Translations under genes and position numbers: made by a program | Part shown: positions 32,261-41,305 of the stretch, in pieces | Numbering within the stretch: the first letter of the stretch is position 1 | How the letters are laid out: each line of letters starts with the position of its first letter | Notes under the pieces: model-generated | What the model saw: the letters and a program-made list of their open reading frames with translations, nothing else | Databases searched by the model: none | What the model was told of the DNA's origin: nothing | From: a virus | Taxonomy: Duplodnaviria; Caudoviricetes | Strand: one strand, 5' to 3' | DNA: 42,432 bases | Virus record (IMG/VR): IMGVR_UViG_3300028897_000455 | Coordinates: 1 to 42,432 of that record

Positions 32261-33030
32261 TATTTGTACTCCTTTCCACTAACATAGAATTTACCATTTT
32301 CAATAATATGAACTGTTGGTGTTGTAATACCATTTTCTGAAATAAATTCTATAAAACCATTTAACCACATATGAGGTGCTCCAGCTTTCCATTCAGGAGA
32401 TAAATGGCATAAGCATCCTCCAGTAAGAGCATATCTAGGAGGCATTGTAGGCATATCAGAGTGATAAGTAAATGCTTGATAATGGTGCAAATGTCCATAA
32501 ACTGTTTTATTTGGAAGTCCAATCATAACATACCTTTTCGCATGATTTTCAGGATAAATAGTTCCATGTTTAAATACACAATCACCTAATTTATAGTAAG
32601 ATCCATAGTTTCCATAAGAAATCCATATAGCTTTAGGAAATACTTTTTGAAGAACATCTCTATCAAAATTAAATCTATTCCCCCAAGCATCGGGATATCG
32701 TTTCATGATTCTTTGATATCTTTCTTCATGATTACCTTCAAGATATATTACTTTATTTGGAAAGCATACTTTTTTTAAAGATGTAAGAAAATCATACAAT
32801 AATTTTTTATCTCTTTCATACCAAGATAATTTTATATTTTGTGCTGATACTGAATCAATTCCGTGCATCCCTTTAGAATCAATAATATCTCCTCCAATAA
32901 TAAGTTCAAATTTAGCCCTCTGTTTTTTAGATTTTTTGTGTAAATTTTTAATATAGTTAAATACACCATTTAATTTAATATTATCGGGTAAATGTACATC
33001 AGAAAGAAATACTCCAAATGTCTTACTCAT
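32260..33030 (-). CDS. Calcineurin-like metallophosphoesterase
   Basis: SDVH, GDIID, GNHE, HG and GHLH motifs. Confidence 0.88.
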   Translation of the reverse strand: MSKTFGVFLSDVHLPDNIKLNGVFNYIKNLHKKSKKQRAKFELIIGGDIIDSKGMHGIDSVSAQNIKLSWYERDKKLLYDFLTSLKKVCFPNKVIYLEGNHEERYQRIMKRYPDAWGNRFNFDRDVLQKVFPKAIWISYGNYGSYYKLGDCVFKHGTIYPENHAKRYVMIGLPNKTVYGHLHHYQAFTYHSDMPTMPPRYALTGGCLCHLSPEWKAGAPHMWLNGFIEFISENGITTPTVHIIENGKFYVSGKEYK

Positions 33031-33032
33031 AA

Positions 33033-33401
33033 TTAACTCCTTCTTCTAATTTTATTTTCTTTTTTGGACTTTTCCTTATGGCAATCTTTACAAAGTCCTT
33101 GAAGCTTATTGGCGTCAAACACAAACCTTCTAGTTATGTACTGATCCCATGAAACAAGACCTGTTACTGGACTCACACACGGATCAATATGGTCAATATC
33201 AATTTTCTCCCTACTTTGATGACATATTTCGCAAATAAACCATCCTGGCTTATTAGGATCTTTACACCTTTTTTTAACCTCTGTTCTAAGGGGCCAGCAC
33301 ATCCACGCTTTTCCTAAGCCAGAAAGAATAATCTTTTTAAGTCTTTTTTCATATTCTTCTTTTGATAGAGTGTTTAAAGGTGGTTTCTTTTTTCTAGACA
33401 T
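33033..33401 (-). CDS. HNH endonuclease-like protein
   Basis: CEIC, IDHIDP and LQGLCKDCH motifs. Start MSRKK after GGAGG. Confidence 0.8.
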   Translation of the reverse strand: MSRKKKPPLNTLSKEEYEKRLKKIILSGLGKAWMCWPLRTEVKKRCKDPNKPGWFICEICHQSREKIDIDHIDPCVSPVTGLVSWDQYITRRFVFDANKLQGLCKDCHKEKSKKENKIRRRS

Positions 33402-33558
33402 CAAACTGCCTCCTTGCAAATTCTACACCCTTTACATAAAGAAACTCTAATCCACCCAAACTTTCTTCGTCAAATTTGTAGATTATTTTATTTTCATTTT
33501 TACCATCGCCATAAATAACATAAGCACCATTTTTACAAGATTCAATTGTTATTTTCAT
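33394..33558 (-). CDS. Hypothetical protein, 54 aa
   Basis: Start MKITIE after AAGGAG. Confidence 0.6.
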   Translation of the reverse strand: MKITIESCKNGAYVIYGDGKNENKIIYKFDEESLGGLEFLYVKGVEFARRQFDV

Positions 33559-33559
33559 T

Positions 33560-35311
33560 TTATTCTCCTTTTGCTGTTCGCCAATTAACTCCAATTCCAA
33601 TATCAACAATTAATGGTATAGATAAGCTAGTCACTGATTCCATAATAGTTTTAATTATCAAATGATGTTGTGCTTGAAAATCTTTTATTAAATAGTCTTT
33701 GTTTATTTCAAATAACAATTCATCATGAACAGTAAGAATTGGCAAATATCCTTTTTTTCTAAGATTAATCATAGCTAACTTAATAATTTCAGCAGCAGAT
33801 CCTTGGATTATATAGTTTACCGCAGCACGTTCATAGTGATATCTTTCATATAAGTCTTTAGACATAATTTTAGGAATTGGAATCCATCTTTTCATTAAAG
33901 TATAAATACCTTTCTTCTGTTTAGCTTCATACTTAACTCTATTTACCCATGCAGTTACATTTGGAAGTCTTTGCCAGTAAAGATCCAAAAAGGATTGGGC
34001 CTCAATTTCTGAACATTTAGCGGTACGAGCGATTTTTTTGGCTCCAGCACCATATATTGATGCAAAATTGAGTGTTTTCCCCGTATCTCTATCACATCCC
34101 AAAGCTCTACCTGTTTCTTCATGAACATCTTTTTCATTTCTAAATGCCTCCAATAATAGTGGTTCTTGAGTAAAATGAGCAAGTAATCTATACTCTATTT
34201 GTGAATAATCAGCATCAATCAATACATTTCCTTCTTCTGGAATAAATAACTCTCTAAGGTTTTTACCTTCTTCAGTTTTAACAGGAATTTGTTGAAGATT
34301 GGGTTTACTCGACGAAAGTCTGCCAGTAGAAATACCTTTATCTATTTGAGCAGAAAAGTTTTGTGATATTTGATTATAAGTTGTATGAATTCTAGGCAAT
34401 GTTGATAATTTTAAGAATCCTTGTGTATATGTTGACCACAGTTTTTCTAACTTATTATACTCTAATAAAATATTTACAAACTCATCTTCTTTATAGTTTT
34501 CAAGAACCCATTTATCGACTTTAAAATTCCCTTTTGAGGTTTTAGGAAGTTGGTAGCCTCGTTTAATAAGTGCTGCTCCAATTTGTTTATTTGAGTTTGG
34601 GTTAATTTCTGATTTGGTAATGTTTTGAATCCTATCCACCAAGTATAGCAATTTTCCCCTGAAGGTAGAATCGAGTGCTTGTAATTGTTTAACATTGATT
34701 TTAACTCCTTTCAATTCCATTTCAAATAGAATTTTCATTAATGGTATTTCTATCGCATTATATATATTTAATTGGTTTATATTCATATGCTGTTTAAACC
34801 AATGATAAAGCTTATAAGTTACTAATACATCCATCGCACAATAATTAGCTACTAATTCAGTATTTTGTTTATCTAAAGTTTTTTTACTTCTTCCTTTTCC
34901 AACAATATCTCTATAAGAAGGCCAATCATATCCTAATTCTTTTCCAATATCTTTTAATGAATGAGACTCTTTAGTAGTATTATAAGAATAAGACATTAAA
35001 ATTGTATCACCAAATAAACTTTGTGGGCTAATATTTATTCCCCACTTAACAAGAAGTTTAGCATCAAATTTTAAATTATGCCCTACTAATCTAGTATTTG
35101 ACAAAAACTCTTTTAATTTCTCTGTTAATTGAGTAAAGTAATAAACTTCTTTATCATCGAAACCTATTCCTAATCCAACAAAATTATCTTTTTCATCTGT
35201 TTCTATATCTATAAAACATAGAGACATAAAAGTAGGCCATATTATAGGATTTATTTCTAATTTAGCCCCATATCTATCAATACCAAATGAGTTTAATTGA
35301 ACGTTTGACAT
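33560..35311 (-). CDS. polA: Family A DNA polymerase with 3'-5' exonuclease
   Basis: Exo I DIET, Exo II HNLKFD, Exo III YCAMD. TGRLSS, motif A DYSQIE.R, motif B R..GKTLNF..IYG (Phe at the E. coli 762 position), motif C VHDE. Confidence 0.95.
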   Translation of the reverse strand: MSNVQLNSFGIDRYGAKLEINPIIWPTFMSLCFIDIETDEKDNFVGLGIGFDDKEVYYFTQLTEKLKEFLSNTRLVGHNLKFDAKLLVKWGINISPQSLFGDTILMSYSYNTTKESHSLKDIGKELGYDWPSYRDIVGKGRSKKTLDKQNTELVANYCAMDVLVTYKLYHWFKQHMNINQLNIYNAIEIPLMKILFEMELKGVKINVKQLQALDSTFRGKLLYLVDRIQNITKSEINPNSNKQIGAALIKRGYQLPKTSKGNFKVDKWVLENYKEDEFVNILLEYNKLEKLWSTYTQGFLKLSTLPRIHTTYNQISQNFSAQIDKGISTGRLSSSKPNLQQIPVKTEEGKNLRELFIPEEGNVLIDADYSQIEYRLLAHFTQEPLLLEAFRNEKDVHEETGRALGCDRDTGKTLNFASIYGAGAKKIARTAKCSEIEAQSFLDLYWQRLPNVTAWVNRVKYEAKQKKGIYTLMKRWIPIPKIMSKDLYERYHYERAAVNYIIQGSAAEIIKLAMINLRKKGYLPILTVHDELLFEINKDYLIKDFQAQHHLIIKTIMESVTSLSIPLIVDIGIGVNWRTAKGE

Positions 35312-35420
35312 ATCGTATTAATCCTATAAGTTGTATTATTGGTGTAACAGCAATAACACTTATGTAAATTCCTATTCCAATAAGTATTACTTTAACAGTT
35401 TTAATAAACTTTTTGACCAT
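35277..35420 (-). CDS. Small hydrophobic protein, 47 aa (MVKKFIKTVKVILIGIGIYISVIAV...)
   Basis: Translated by hand. Fills the gap with short overlaps on both sides. Confidence 0.45.
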   Translation of the reverse strand: MVKKFIKTVKVILIGIGIYISVIAVTPIIQLIGLIRYVKRSIKLIWY

Positions 35421-35962
35421 TCTTTTAATTCCTCTGCAAACATTTCTAAATCTTGTGGGGTAACATTCCTATTTGCTGAAAGAGTTTTATCAAATGGGTA
35501 ACCATCTAATTCAGTTTCAGAAGGATCGTCTATTATATCTTTATAGATATTTAATTTTGGATCTCTTTCTAGCCTAACAATATATCCCCCAAAATGACGC
35601 AAATAAGCTGCTTCATTTTTAAATCTAACATCAGATATTGCTACTAATGATTCTGGTGGAAGATATTTAATTCTATCATAAAAACGATGCACCCAATAAA
35701 GACCATTTTCTGAAAATCTTCTTCTAATTTCACCTTCAGCAATCATAGCTTCTCTAGGAGTTTTACCTCCTAATTTAGGACAAACAACTTCTTTTAATTT
35801 TCCATCAGTATGTTCTTTAGTAATTCCATATGCTCGTCTAATATCTTCTTTAAGAGGATCGGCGAAGGAATGAATCTCAAATCCTCTGGCTTTAAGATAC
35901 GGATTACAAAGGAGACTTTTACCACTTCCTCTTTTACCAGATATCCCAATAATTAATGGCAT
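35387..35962 (-). CDS. Deoxynucleoside monophosphate kinase
   Basis: GISGKRGSGKS P-loop, SFADPLK, ISDVRF.NE and SET.LD motifs of T4 gp1/T5-type dNMP kinases. Confidence 0.88.
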   Translation of the reverse strand: MPLIIGISGKRGSGKSLLCNPYLKARGFEIHSFADPLKEDIRRAYGITKEHTDGKLKEVVCPKLGGKTPREAMIAEGEIRRRFSENGLYWVHRFYDRIKYLPPESLVAISDVRFKNEAAYLRHFGGYIVRLERDPKLNIYKDIIDDPSETELDGYPFDKTLSANRNVTPQDLEMFAEELKEWSKSLLKLLK

Positions 35963-35963
35963 A

Positions 35964-36149
35964 TTATTTCTCCTCTTTAGTTTCCTCTTTTGAGTTTAAG
36001 CCTTCTAAGAAACCACTGGCATTATGTACCGCATCCAATAGGTTCTGAGAGACTGTGAAAGGGGAGCCTTTTACCTCTTTAAATAGCTCTTGTAGTTTTA
36101 ATACCTCATTTGCAATTACTATAATTTGCTCTGCTTTATTTTTATCCAT
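35964..36149 (-). CDS. Hypothetical protein, 61 aa
   Basis: ORF track. GAGGAG SD. Confidence 0.65.
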   Translation of the reverse strand: MDKNKAEQIIVIANEVLKLQELFKEVKGSPFTVSQNLLDAVHNASGFLEGLNSKEETKEEK

Positions 36150-36272
36150 TTTTAGTCTCCTCTTTGATAGTTTGCGTCCATTCTTGACATACTATTTCTC
36201 CATCTAAAGTATAAACAGCATTTGGATCATTTTTACAGCTTTATACATTAGGCACTGTTCAAATTGGTCCAT
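36142..36272 (-). pseudogene. Possible frameshifted 43-aa gene
   Basis: Adding one A near 36240 would join MDQFEQCLMYK to SCKNDPNAVYTLDGEIVCQEW... and fill the gap with overlaps at both ends. Confidence 0.3.
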
Positions 36273-36519
36273 TTTCTTTCTCCTTCTCATCTTCATAAGT
36301 CATAACTTCACGAATTAGCCATGTAAGATACGCCAAAGTCTTAGCTATCTTTTCATTATCTTCTATTTCAAACACTCTCTTAAACTCTTCGTGTACCGTT
36401 GTCCAACGTTTGTTGGCTCTCCAAGTGTTCATTAACTTTAGATACTCTTTATAGCACAAATCACCTGGAGTATGGGGTGTGTATCCTTCTTCTCTGTGTT
36501 CCTGTGGTACGAATGGCAT
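36259..36519 (-). CDS. Conserved phage protein (DUF6899-like)
   Basis: MPF....R, PG.L.Y and YED.K...NG motifs. Start after AAGGAG. Confidence 0.65.
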   Translation of the reverse strand: MPFVPQEHREEGYTPHTPGDLCYKEYLKLMNTWRANKRWTTVHEEFKRVFEIEDNEKIAKTLAYLTWLIREVMTYEDEKEKENGPI

Positions 36520-36520
36520 A

Positions 36521-36694
36521 TTAATCTCCTTTTTCCCATTCTTCATATCCTTTTTTCAATTTATGAAATTTATTAATTTCCTTCACTGCTTTTATAAAAC
36601 CTTCAACTTTTGCATTTTCTATTTCATCTTCTGCACCAGGGCTTAACCTCAAATCTTGGCCACAATGAGGACAATCATAATTTTGCTTTGACAT
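36521..36694 (-). CDS. Hypothetical protein, 57 aa (MSKQNYDCPHCGQ...)
   Basis: Translated by hand. AAGGAG SD. Confidence 0.6.
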   Translation of the reverse strand: MSKQNYDCPHCGQDLRLSPGAEDEIENAKVEGFIKAVKEINKFHKLKKGYEEWEKGD

Positions 36695-36695
36695 T

Positions 36696-36872
36696 TTATT
36701 TCTCCTTCACATAAGGCTGCTTTTTATCTTCTATCTCTTTCTTAATTCTTTCGATTAAAATTAAATACGTCCCAGCAGTTTTCTTCAAGTTATCAATTCT
36801 ACGAAGAGTCTTTTCATACTTTCTTTCTAACCACCGTAAAGTGACTTTCTTTCTAACTGGTTTCTTATTCAT
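36696..36872 (-). CDS. Small basic protein, 58 aa
   Basis: Start MNKKP after AGGAG/GTGG, coupled to the upstream stop. Confidence 0.6.
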   Translation of the reverse strand: MNKKPVRKKVTLRWLERKYEKTLRRIDNLKKTAGTYLILIERIKKEIEDKKQPYVKEK

Positions 36873-37387
36873 TATTTCCACTCCTTTATTTGATGCCAAA
36901 TCCACTTAAATAAGCATCTATTTAACATAGCCAATCGCCACCAAAATCTTTTTCTCCAAGTTCCCCAATATTTTATAATTTGAATAGCTGCTTCTTCTGG
37001 AGAATGGACAATAAGATCATCTTCAAAATACACAATCATACTCGATGGTTTTTCTTTATTATATAAACGTACAACAGGTTTCCATAATCCATATCTAGCG
37101 TATCCAATTTCATGTGCTGAACCTTCACTTTTTAATTCTGGTGTAGTATCAACAATTACATGAGCTTCTCTAATCATTTGTTTATCTCTTTTCCAATAAT
37201 CTTTGAGAGCTGATAAAGGAACATCTTGAAGTGGTCCTGAAATAGATTTAATATGTTCTTCAAGAATTGGATCAAGAACAGTGATTCCAGCATTTTCAAA
37301 TATTTTTTTATTTTTCTTTGCCATAGTAACCATTTCTTCTCTATCACGACCAGTCATTTTGGCACAAGTATAAATTTTAATTACCAT
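36872..37387 (-). CDS. Nucleoside 2-deoxyribosyltransferase-like protein
   Basis: IY....MTG, V.DP, RD...I, S.G...EIGYA and KPVV pattern. Confidence 0.7.
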   Translation of the reverse strand: MVIKIYTCAKMTGRDREEMVTMAKKNKKIFENAGITVLDPILEEHIKSISGPLQDVPLSALKDYWKRDKQMIREAHVIVDTTPELKSEGSAHEIGYARYGLWKPVVRLYNKEKPSSMIVYFEDDLIVHSPEEAAIQIIKYWGTWRKRFWWRLAMLNRCLFKWIWHQIKEWK

Positions 37388-37388
37388 T

Positions 37389-38936
37389 TTAATAGCCTCT
37401 CACTTGGATTTTGCCTTCTTGCTCGTCATCTTCAATCTGTACTAAGACTGGAAGGAACGGTTTTGAATAGCGTGCTTTTGTGTGATAAATATATAATTCT
37501 CCTCTTTTTTCTTTCATATTAATAACTACATCAGCAGCAGCACTTTTATCTCTAGAGCCAATTACATCTTGAGCAGATGGATTTTCTGAAATAAATCTTG
37601 TGTCCATTGGACTTTTTCTTTCATGATCTAAAATTATAAAAGCACATTTATAAATACGAGTAAGTTTTTTAATATTTTCATATATCAAAGCAATTGTATC
37701 TGAATCATTATCATTCCTATTGTGGAATCGTCTAAAAGAATCTAAAATTACTATTTGTGGGTTTATTTTCTCTAGTTTCTTAGCTAATTTAGCAAGTGAT
37801 TTTTCATTATCAAGTTTATAATTATGTTCAATACAAAGATGTAAATTTTCAGGTATTTTGGTTATTCCTTTTGCTTTTAACATAGCTTTAACTCTTTGTT
37901 TTAATAAAGAAGCTCCATTCTCTTCATCGATATAAAGAGCGATTCCAGGATTTACAGCAAATCTATTTAACCAACTACCTCCACCTTTTGCAAGTTCTAT
38001 ACAAAGATCTAAAGCTAAAAAACTTTTTCCAATTCCTTCTTTTCCTGCCAATAATAATTTTCCTTCTTTCGGTAAAATTTTATCTATTTGCCATTCAACA
38101 TCTTTAGTGTGATCACTAAGAAGTTCTTTAAGAGTTAAAATTCGATCTTTTTCAAATTCATCTGCTATATATTCTCCCACTTTTCTATCATATTTTGTTA
38201 TTTGTTTTACTTTTGTTTGTAACTCTTCTAATTCAAATCCACATTTTTCAGCGTGAGGTTTTAACACTTCAAAAATATCTTGAGTTTCAAATCCATCGTG
38301 CCATAATCTTCCAGCAATTCTGATAAAAGTATTATCTCTATTACCTTCTTTGAGTCCTATTAATGCTTCAGCAATCCAACCTTGTTTATTACCTATTTCT
38401 ATAGTTTTCTTTTGCTGCTTACTTAAAAGCAGATCTACTAACCAGGAGGGGGGATATGTTAATGGTGTGTTTATTGGAGGTTTTACCCATGAGTAAGGTT
38501 GTCCGTTAAATCCAACGGATGGTGGAATGATAACATATCCCCCATCTCCTCTGATATCAACTCCAGGGAGTAGGTCTGAGTATGATGTTACTTTACCGTT
38601 CAATGTGGGAGTCCAGATAAAATGATAATGCAACCCATTAGGTGATCTGTCAGTCCACGTTAAAGGTATAAATTTACTTTTAATAGAGTCAAGACCCCCC
38701 TTCTTTGAATCTATATCTAGTGTCAAGACTCTACTAACTTGTCCTGTCACCATAGCTAAGTTATATCGCTTAAATTTAAACCAATTTTCAATTTCGGTCA
38801 TGCTAGGTAATCTTTGTTGGTATTCCTTCCAATTTACCGCTGGCTTTTTATATCCATCTTCACTAATAGCCTCTCTTCCCATTACTGGAATTACTGAGAT
38901 GCCTCTACTTAGAAAATATTTAGCTTCATTTAGCAT
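37389..38936 (-). CDS. Bifunctional primase-polymerase fused to PriCT-like and RepA/AAA_25-type helicase domains
   Basis: VIPV..K.P...W..YQ, N.A.VTG, LDID, G.H..F, DIRG.GGYV..PPS, EG.R, Walker A GKEGIGKS, YIDEE and VILDS motifs. Confidence 0.9.
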   Translation of the reverse strand: MLNEAKYFLSRGISVIPVMGREAISEDGYKKPAVNWKEYQQRLPSMTEIENWFKFKRYNLAMVTGQVSRVLTLDIDSKKGGLDSIKSKFIPLTWTDRSPNGLHYHFIWTPTLNGKVTSYSDLLPGVDIRGDGGYVIIPPSVGFNGQPYSWVKPPINTPLTYPPSWLVDLLLSKQQKKTIEIGNKQGWIAEALIGLKEGNRDNTFIRIAGRLWHDGFETQDIFEVLKPHAEKCGFELEELQTKVKQITKYDRKVGEYIADEFEKDRILTLKELLSDHTKDVEWQIDKILPKEGKLLLAGKEGIGKSFLALDLCIELAKGGGSWLNRFAVNPGIALYIDEENGASLLKQRVKAMLKAKGITKIPENLHLCIEHNYKLDNEKSLAKLAKKLEKINPQIVILDSFRRFHNRNDNDSDTIALIYENIKKLTRIYKCAFIILDHERKSPMDTRFISENPSAQDVIGSRDKSAAADVVINMKEKRGELYIYHTKARYSKPFLPVLVQIEDDEQEGKIQVRGY

Positions 38937-39114
38937 TAAATAAATCCTTTATGTTAGATAGCATTTTTCCTCTTCTAAATAATTTTAATCTTTCTCGTTC
39001 TTTTATTATTCTATTAGCTTCTCTTTCCATAGCCATTTTAGATTTTCTAGAATGCGGAGAATGTCCACTTATTCCATGTTTGTGCATCCCCATTCCAGAT
39101 TTTCCTTCTTTCAT
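38926..39114 (-). CDS. Small basic His-rich protein, 62 aa
   Basis: ORF track, coupled to its neighbours. Confidence 0.55.
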   Translation of the reverse strand: MKEGKSGMGMHKHGISGHSPHSRKSKMAMEREANRIIKERERLKLFRRGKMLSNIKDLFNAK

Positions 39115-39887
39115 TATTCATGCTCCTTCATGAACCTATAAGTAGCAAGATTCCGTAAAAACTGCTCTTGAAGAAGTTTAATTTCTTTTTTATCCTTTAT
39201 CTCCTTTGTCTCAAATACTCCATCTTCTTTCCCAAACCGTATAATTTCAATAACGTCTATATTAATGTTAAACCATTCTTTTAAAAGAAGTGTATAAGCT
39301 GCTAACTGTATAAATTGATCAATAAAAAATCCGCTAGAGGTTTTAAAATCAGATAATACAATAAGACCATTACGAGAGGCAAGGCGATCAAATTTACCAG
39401 CAAAGCGATACAACACTGAACCCAATATTTCTTCGTGCCGAAGGATAGTATCTTTGTTTTGTTTTTTCCATCTTCTAAACTTTTGAATGCAAGAGATAAT
39501 TTTCGCTTTATCCTTGTGCTGCATAATTGTTTTATGTAGTTCTTCATCTATTTTACCTCTGAATTCAAATTGTTCTGCATAATCATGTACTATTGTTCCA
39601 ATATTAGCAGCTTTCTTAGCAATAGTCATCCAGGCTGCTTTACTTTTCTTTGATATTTCCTCTAGTAAATAGTCTGGAAGTTTATTTACTTGCTGAGGAA
39701 ACTCTTTTAGTTGATTGATGACATAAAATGCACCTTCACCAATTTTCCATGCTGAAAGTCTAGGTGATTCTGGCATAGACAGCTTATTGATAGTAGTAAC
39801 GCTGTCAACAAAATCACCATTAAGTCTATATTGGTGCTTTTCGTCGTCAAATGTAAGAATGTTATTACCACTTCTTGATTCTATCAT
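39114..39887 (-). CDS. PD-(D/E)xK exonuclease
   Basis: H.Y, SVTT, GT.VH...E, AG..D, DFKTS and QL.AY motifs. Confidence 0.85.
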   Translation of the reverse strand: MIESRSGNNILTFDDEKHQYRLNGDFVDSVTTINKLSMPESPRLSAWKIGEGAFYVINQLKEFPQQVNKLPDYLLEEISKKSKAAWMTIAKKAANIGTIVHDYAEQFEFRGKIDEELHKTIMQHKDKAKIISCIQKFRRWKKQNKDTILRHEEILGSVLYRFAGKFDRLASRNGLIVLSDFKTSSGFFIDQFIQLAAYTLLLKEWFNINIDVIEIIRFGKEDGVFETKEIKDKKEIKLLQEQFLRNLATYRFMKEHE

Positions 39888-40123
39888 TTTGTTTTAATTT
39901 CAACAAATTTAAGCATATTTTCAGCAGTTTTTTCAACTAAATACCACCATTCTTCATAATTAGTTACAAACATTTGAAGAACTGGAGCTTGTACAGCAGC
40001 TTGAATAATTCCTTGAGCTTGTATTTGTTTAGTTTTAAGATCTCTGTTATCAGTATTATTTACAGTTGCTGTAAGATTAGCAGTTTGTGGAATAGCAATA
40101 GATCCTTCTTTGATTAATGCCAT
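39884..40123 (-). CDS. Hypothetical protein, 79 aa
   Basis: ORF track. AAGGAG SD. Confidence 0.7.
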   Translation of the reverse strand: MALIKEGSIAIPQTANLTATVNNTDNRDLKTKQIQAQGIIQAAVQAPVLQMFVTNYEEWWYLVEKTAENMLKFVEIKTK

Positions 40124-40133
40124 ATTTTACTCC

Positions 40134-40499
40134 TTATTGTTCAACAACACTTACAATATAATCATTAAATGCTCTACCAGTTTTCGGATTAACTTTTTTG
40201 CCTTTATATTCAATTTCAATTTTCTCACCAATTTGAGCTTGAAGAAGTTTATCTTTAAGTTGACCACTAGCAAATATTACAACTTCATCGCCTAGGTTAA
40301 CTGAAGTTTCAATCAATAAATCTCCTTCTTTCTTCTTAATCGGTGCGTCTCCATCTTGAATTGCAAAAGTAAACACTAATCCAAATTTACTGGTTGTAGA
40401 AGCTTTTAAGATACCAGTAAATTTACTTTCAACTTTATCGGTAAGACGTACAACTGGAGTAATACCCATACCGATTGTTTTTAATTCTCTTTTAGTCAT
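40134..40499 (-). CDS. Probable OB-fold single-stranded DNA-binding protein
   Basis: Beta-rich, with L..KL...IG..I.I.Y.G...GR.F..Y.V pattern, located beside the exonuclease and primase. Confidence 0.55.
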   Translation of the reverse strand: MTKRELKTIGMGITPVVRLTDKVESKFTGILKASTTSKFGLVFTFAIQDGDAPIKKKEGDLLIETSVNLGDEVVIFASGQLKDKLLQAQIGEKIEIEYKGKKVNPKTGRAFNDYIVSVVEQ

Positions 40500-40500
40500 T

Positions 40501-41304
40501 TTATTTTCTCCTATCTATTATTTTTGAATTATCTTTTAATATAATTATTGAGTTGTTAAAAGCAATAATATTTGATAAATCACAGGCTTTGACTTGGGAT
40601 GAATCATAGGCTTTGACTTGGGATGAGCCATAGGCTTTGACTTGGGATGAGCCATAGGCTTTGACTTGGGATAAATAACAGGCTTTGACTTGGGATGAAT
40701 CATAGGCTTTGACTTGGGATGAATCATAGGCTTTGACTTGGGATGAGCCATAGGCTTTGACTTGGGATGAATTATAGGCTTCGACTTGGGATAAATAACA
40801 GGCTTTGACTTGGGATGAATCATAGGCTTTGACTTGGGATGAGCCATAGGCTTTGACTTGGGATGAGCCATAGGCTTTGACTTGGGATGAGCCATAGGCT
40901 TTGACTTGGGATGAGCCATAGGCTTTGACTTGGGATGAATTATAGGCTTCGACTTGGGATGAGTCACAAGCAAAAATTCTACCTGATTTAATTTCATGAA
41001 TTCCATCAAAAACAAATAATTGTTTTATTACTTCAGGTAATATTTTAGATTTAATTGTTTTTTCTATTTCTTTTTTTGAAAACCAATCGGGAATTAAATC
41101 TTGATCAACTTTAAAATTCCAAGATTTAATGTTTTTGATATCTTTTTCAGAAAAAGATTTAGGAACAACTTCAATTCTAACAAAAGATGGAAATATTGAA
41201 CTATCTCTTAATTTAAACTTCTGAACTAAATCTTCGTGTGAATCTATATTTTTGTCCCATAAGATACCAGTTTTAAGTGCTAAACAACTAAAAAATTCAC
41301 ACAT
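40501..41304 (-). CDS. Octapeptide-repeat (beta-solenoid) protein with MC.F.S...SH N-terminal domain
   Basis: N-terminal MCEFFS...DSHEDL...RIEV.P...W.F.VDQ...P.W followed by 16 A(Y/C)x(S/L)SQV(K/E) repeats. AAGGAG SD. Confidence 0.85.
   Translation of the reverse strand: MCEFFSCLALKTGILWDKNIDSHEDLVQKFKLRDSSIFPSFVRIEVVPKSFSEKDIKNIKSWNFKVDQDLIPDWFSKKEIEKTIKSKILPEVIKQLFVFDGIHEIKSGRIFACDSSQVEAYNSSQVKAYGSSQVKAYGSSQVKAYGSSQVKAYGSSQVKAYDSSQVKACYLSQVEAYNSSQVKAYGSSQVKAYDSSQVKAYDSSQVKACYLSQVKAYGSSQVKAYGSSQVKAYDSSQVKACDLSNIIAFNNSIIILKDNSKIIDRRK
40585..40968. repeat. 16 x 24-bp coding tandem repeat
   Basis: Core GGCTT(T/C)GACTTGGGAT plus one of five 8-mers. Confidence 0.95.
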
Positions 41305-41305
41305 T

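Noticed and set aside
40585-40968. CRISPR array or mini-array
   Set aside because: The period is 24 nt with only 8 variable nt drawn from five recurring words. The array is in frame within a protein and no cas genes are present.
40545-41015. 156-aa (MAHPKSKP)n ORF
   Set aside because: Alternative-frame shadow of the repeat. It has no SD, while the 267-aa frame has an SD and a recognisable N-terminal domain.
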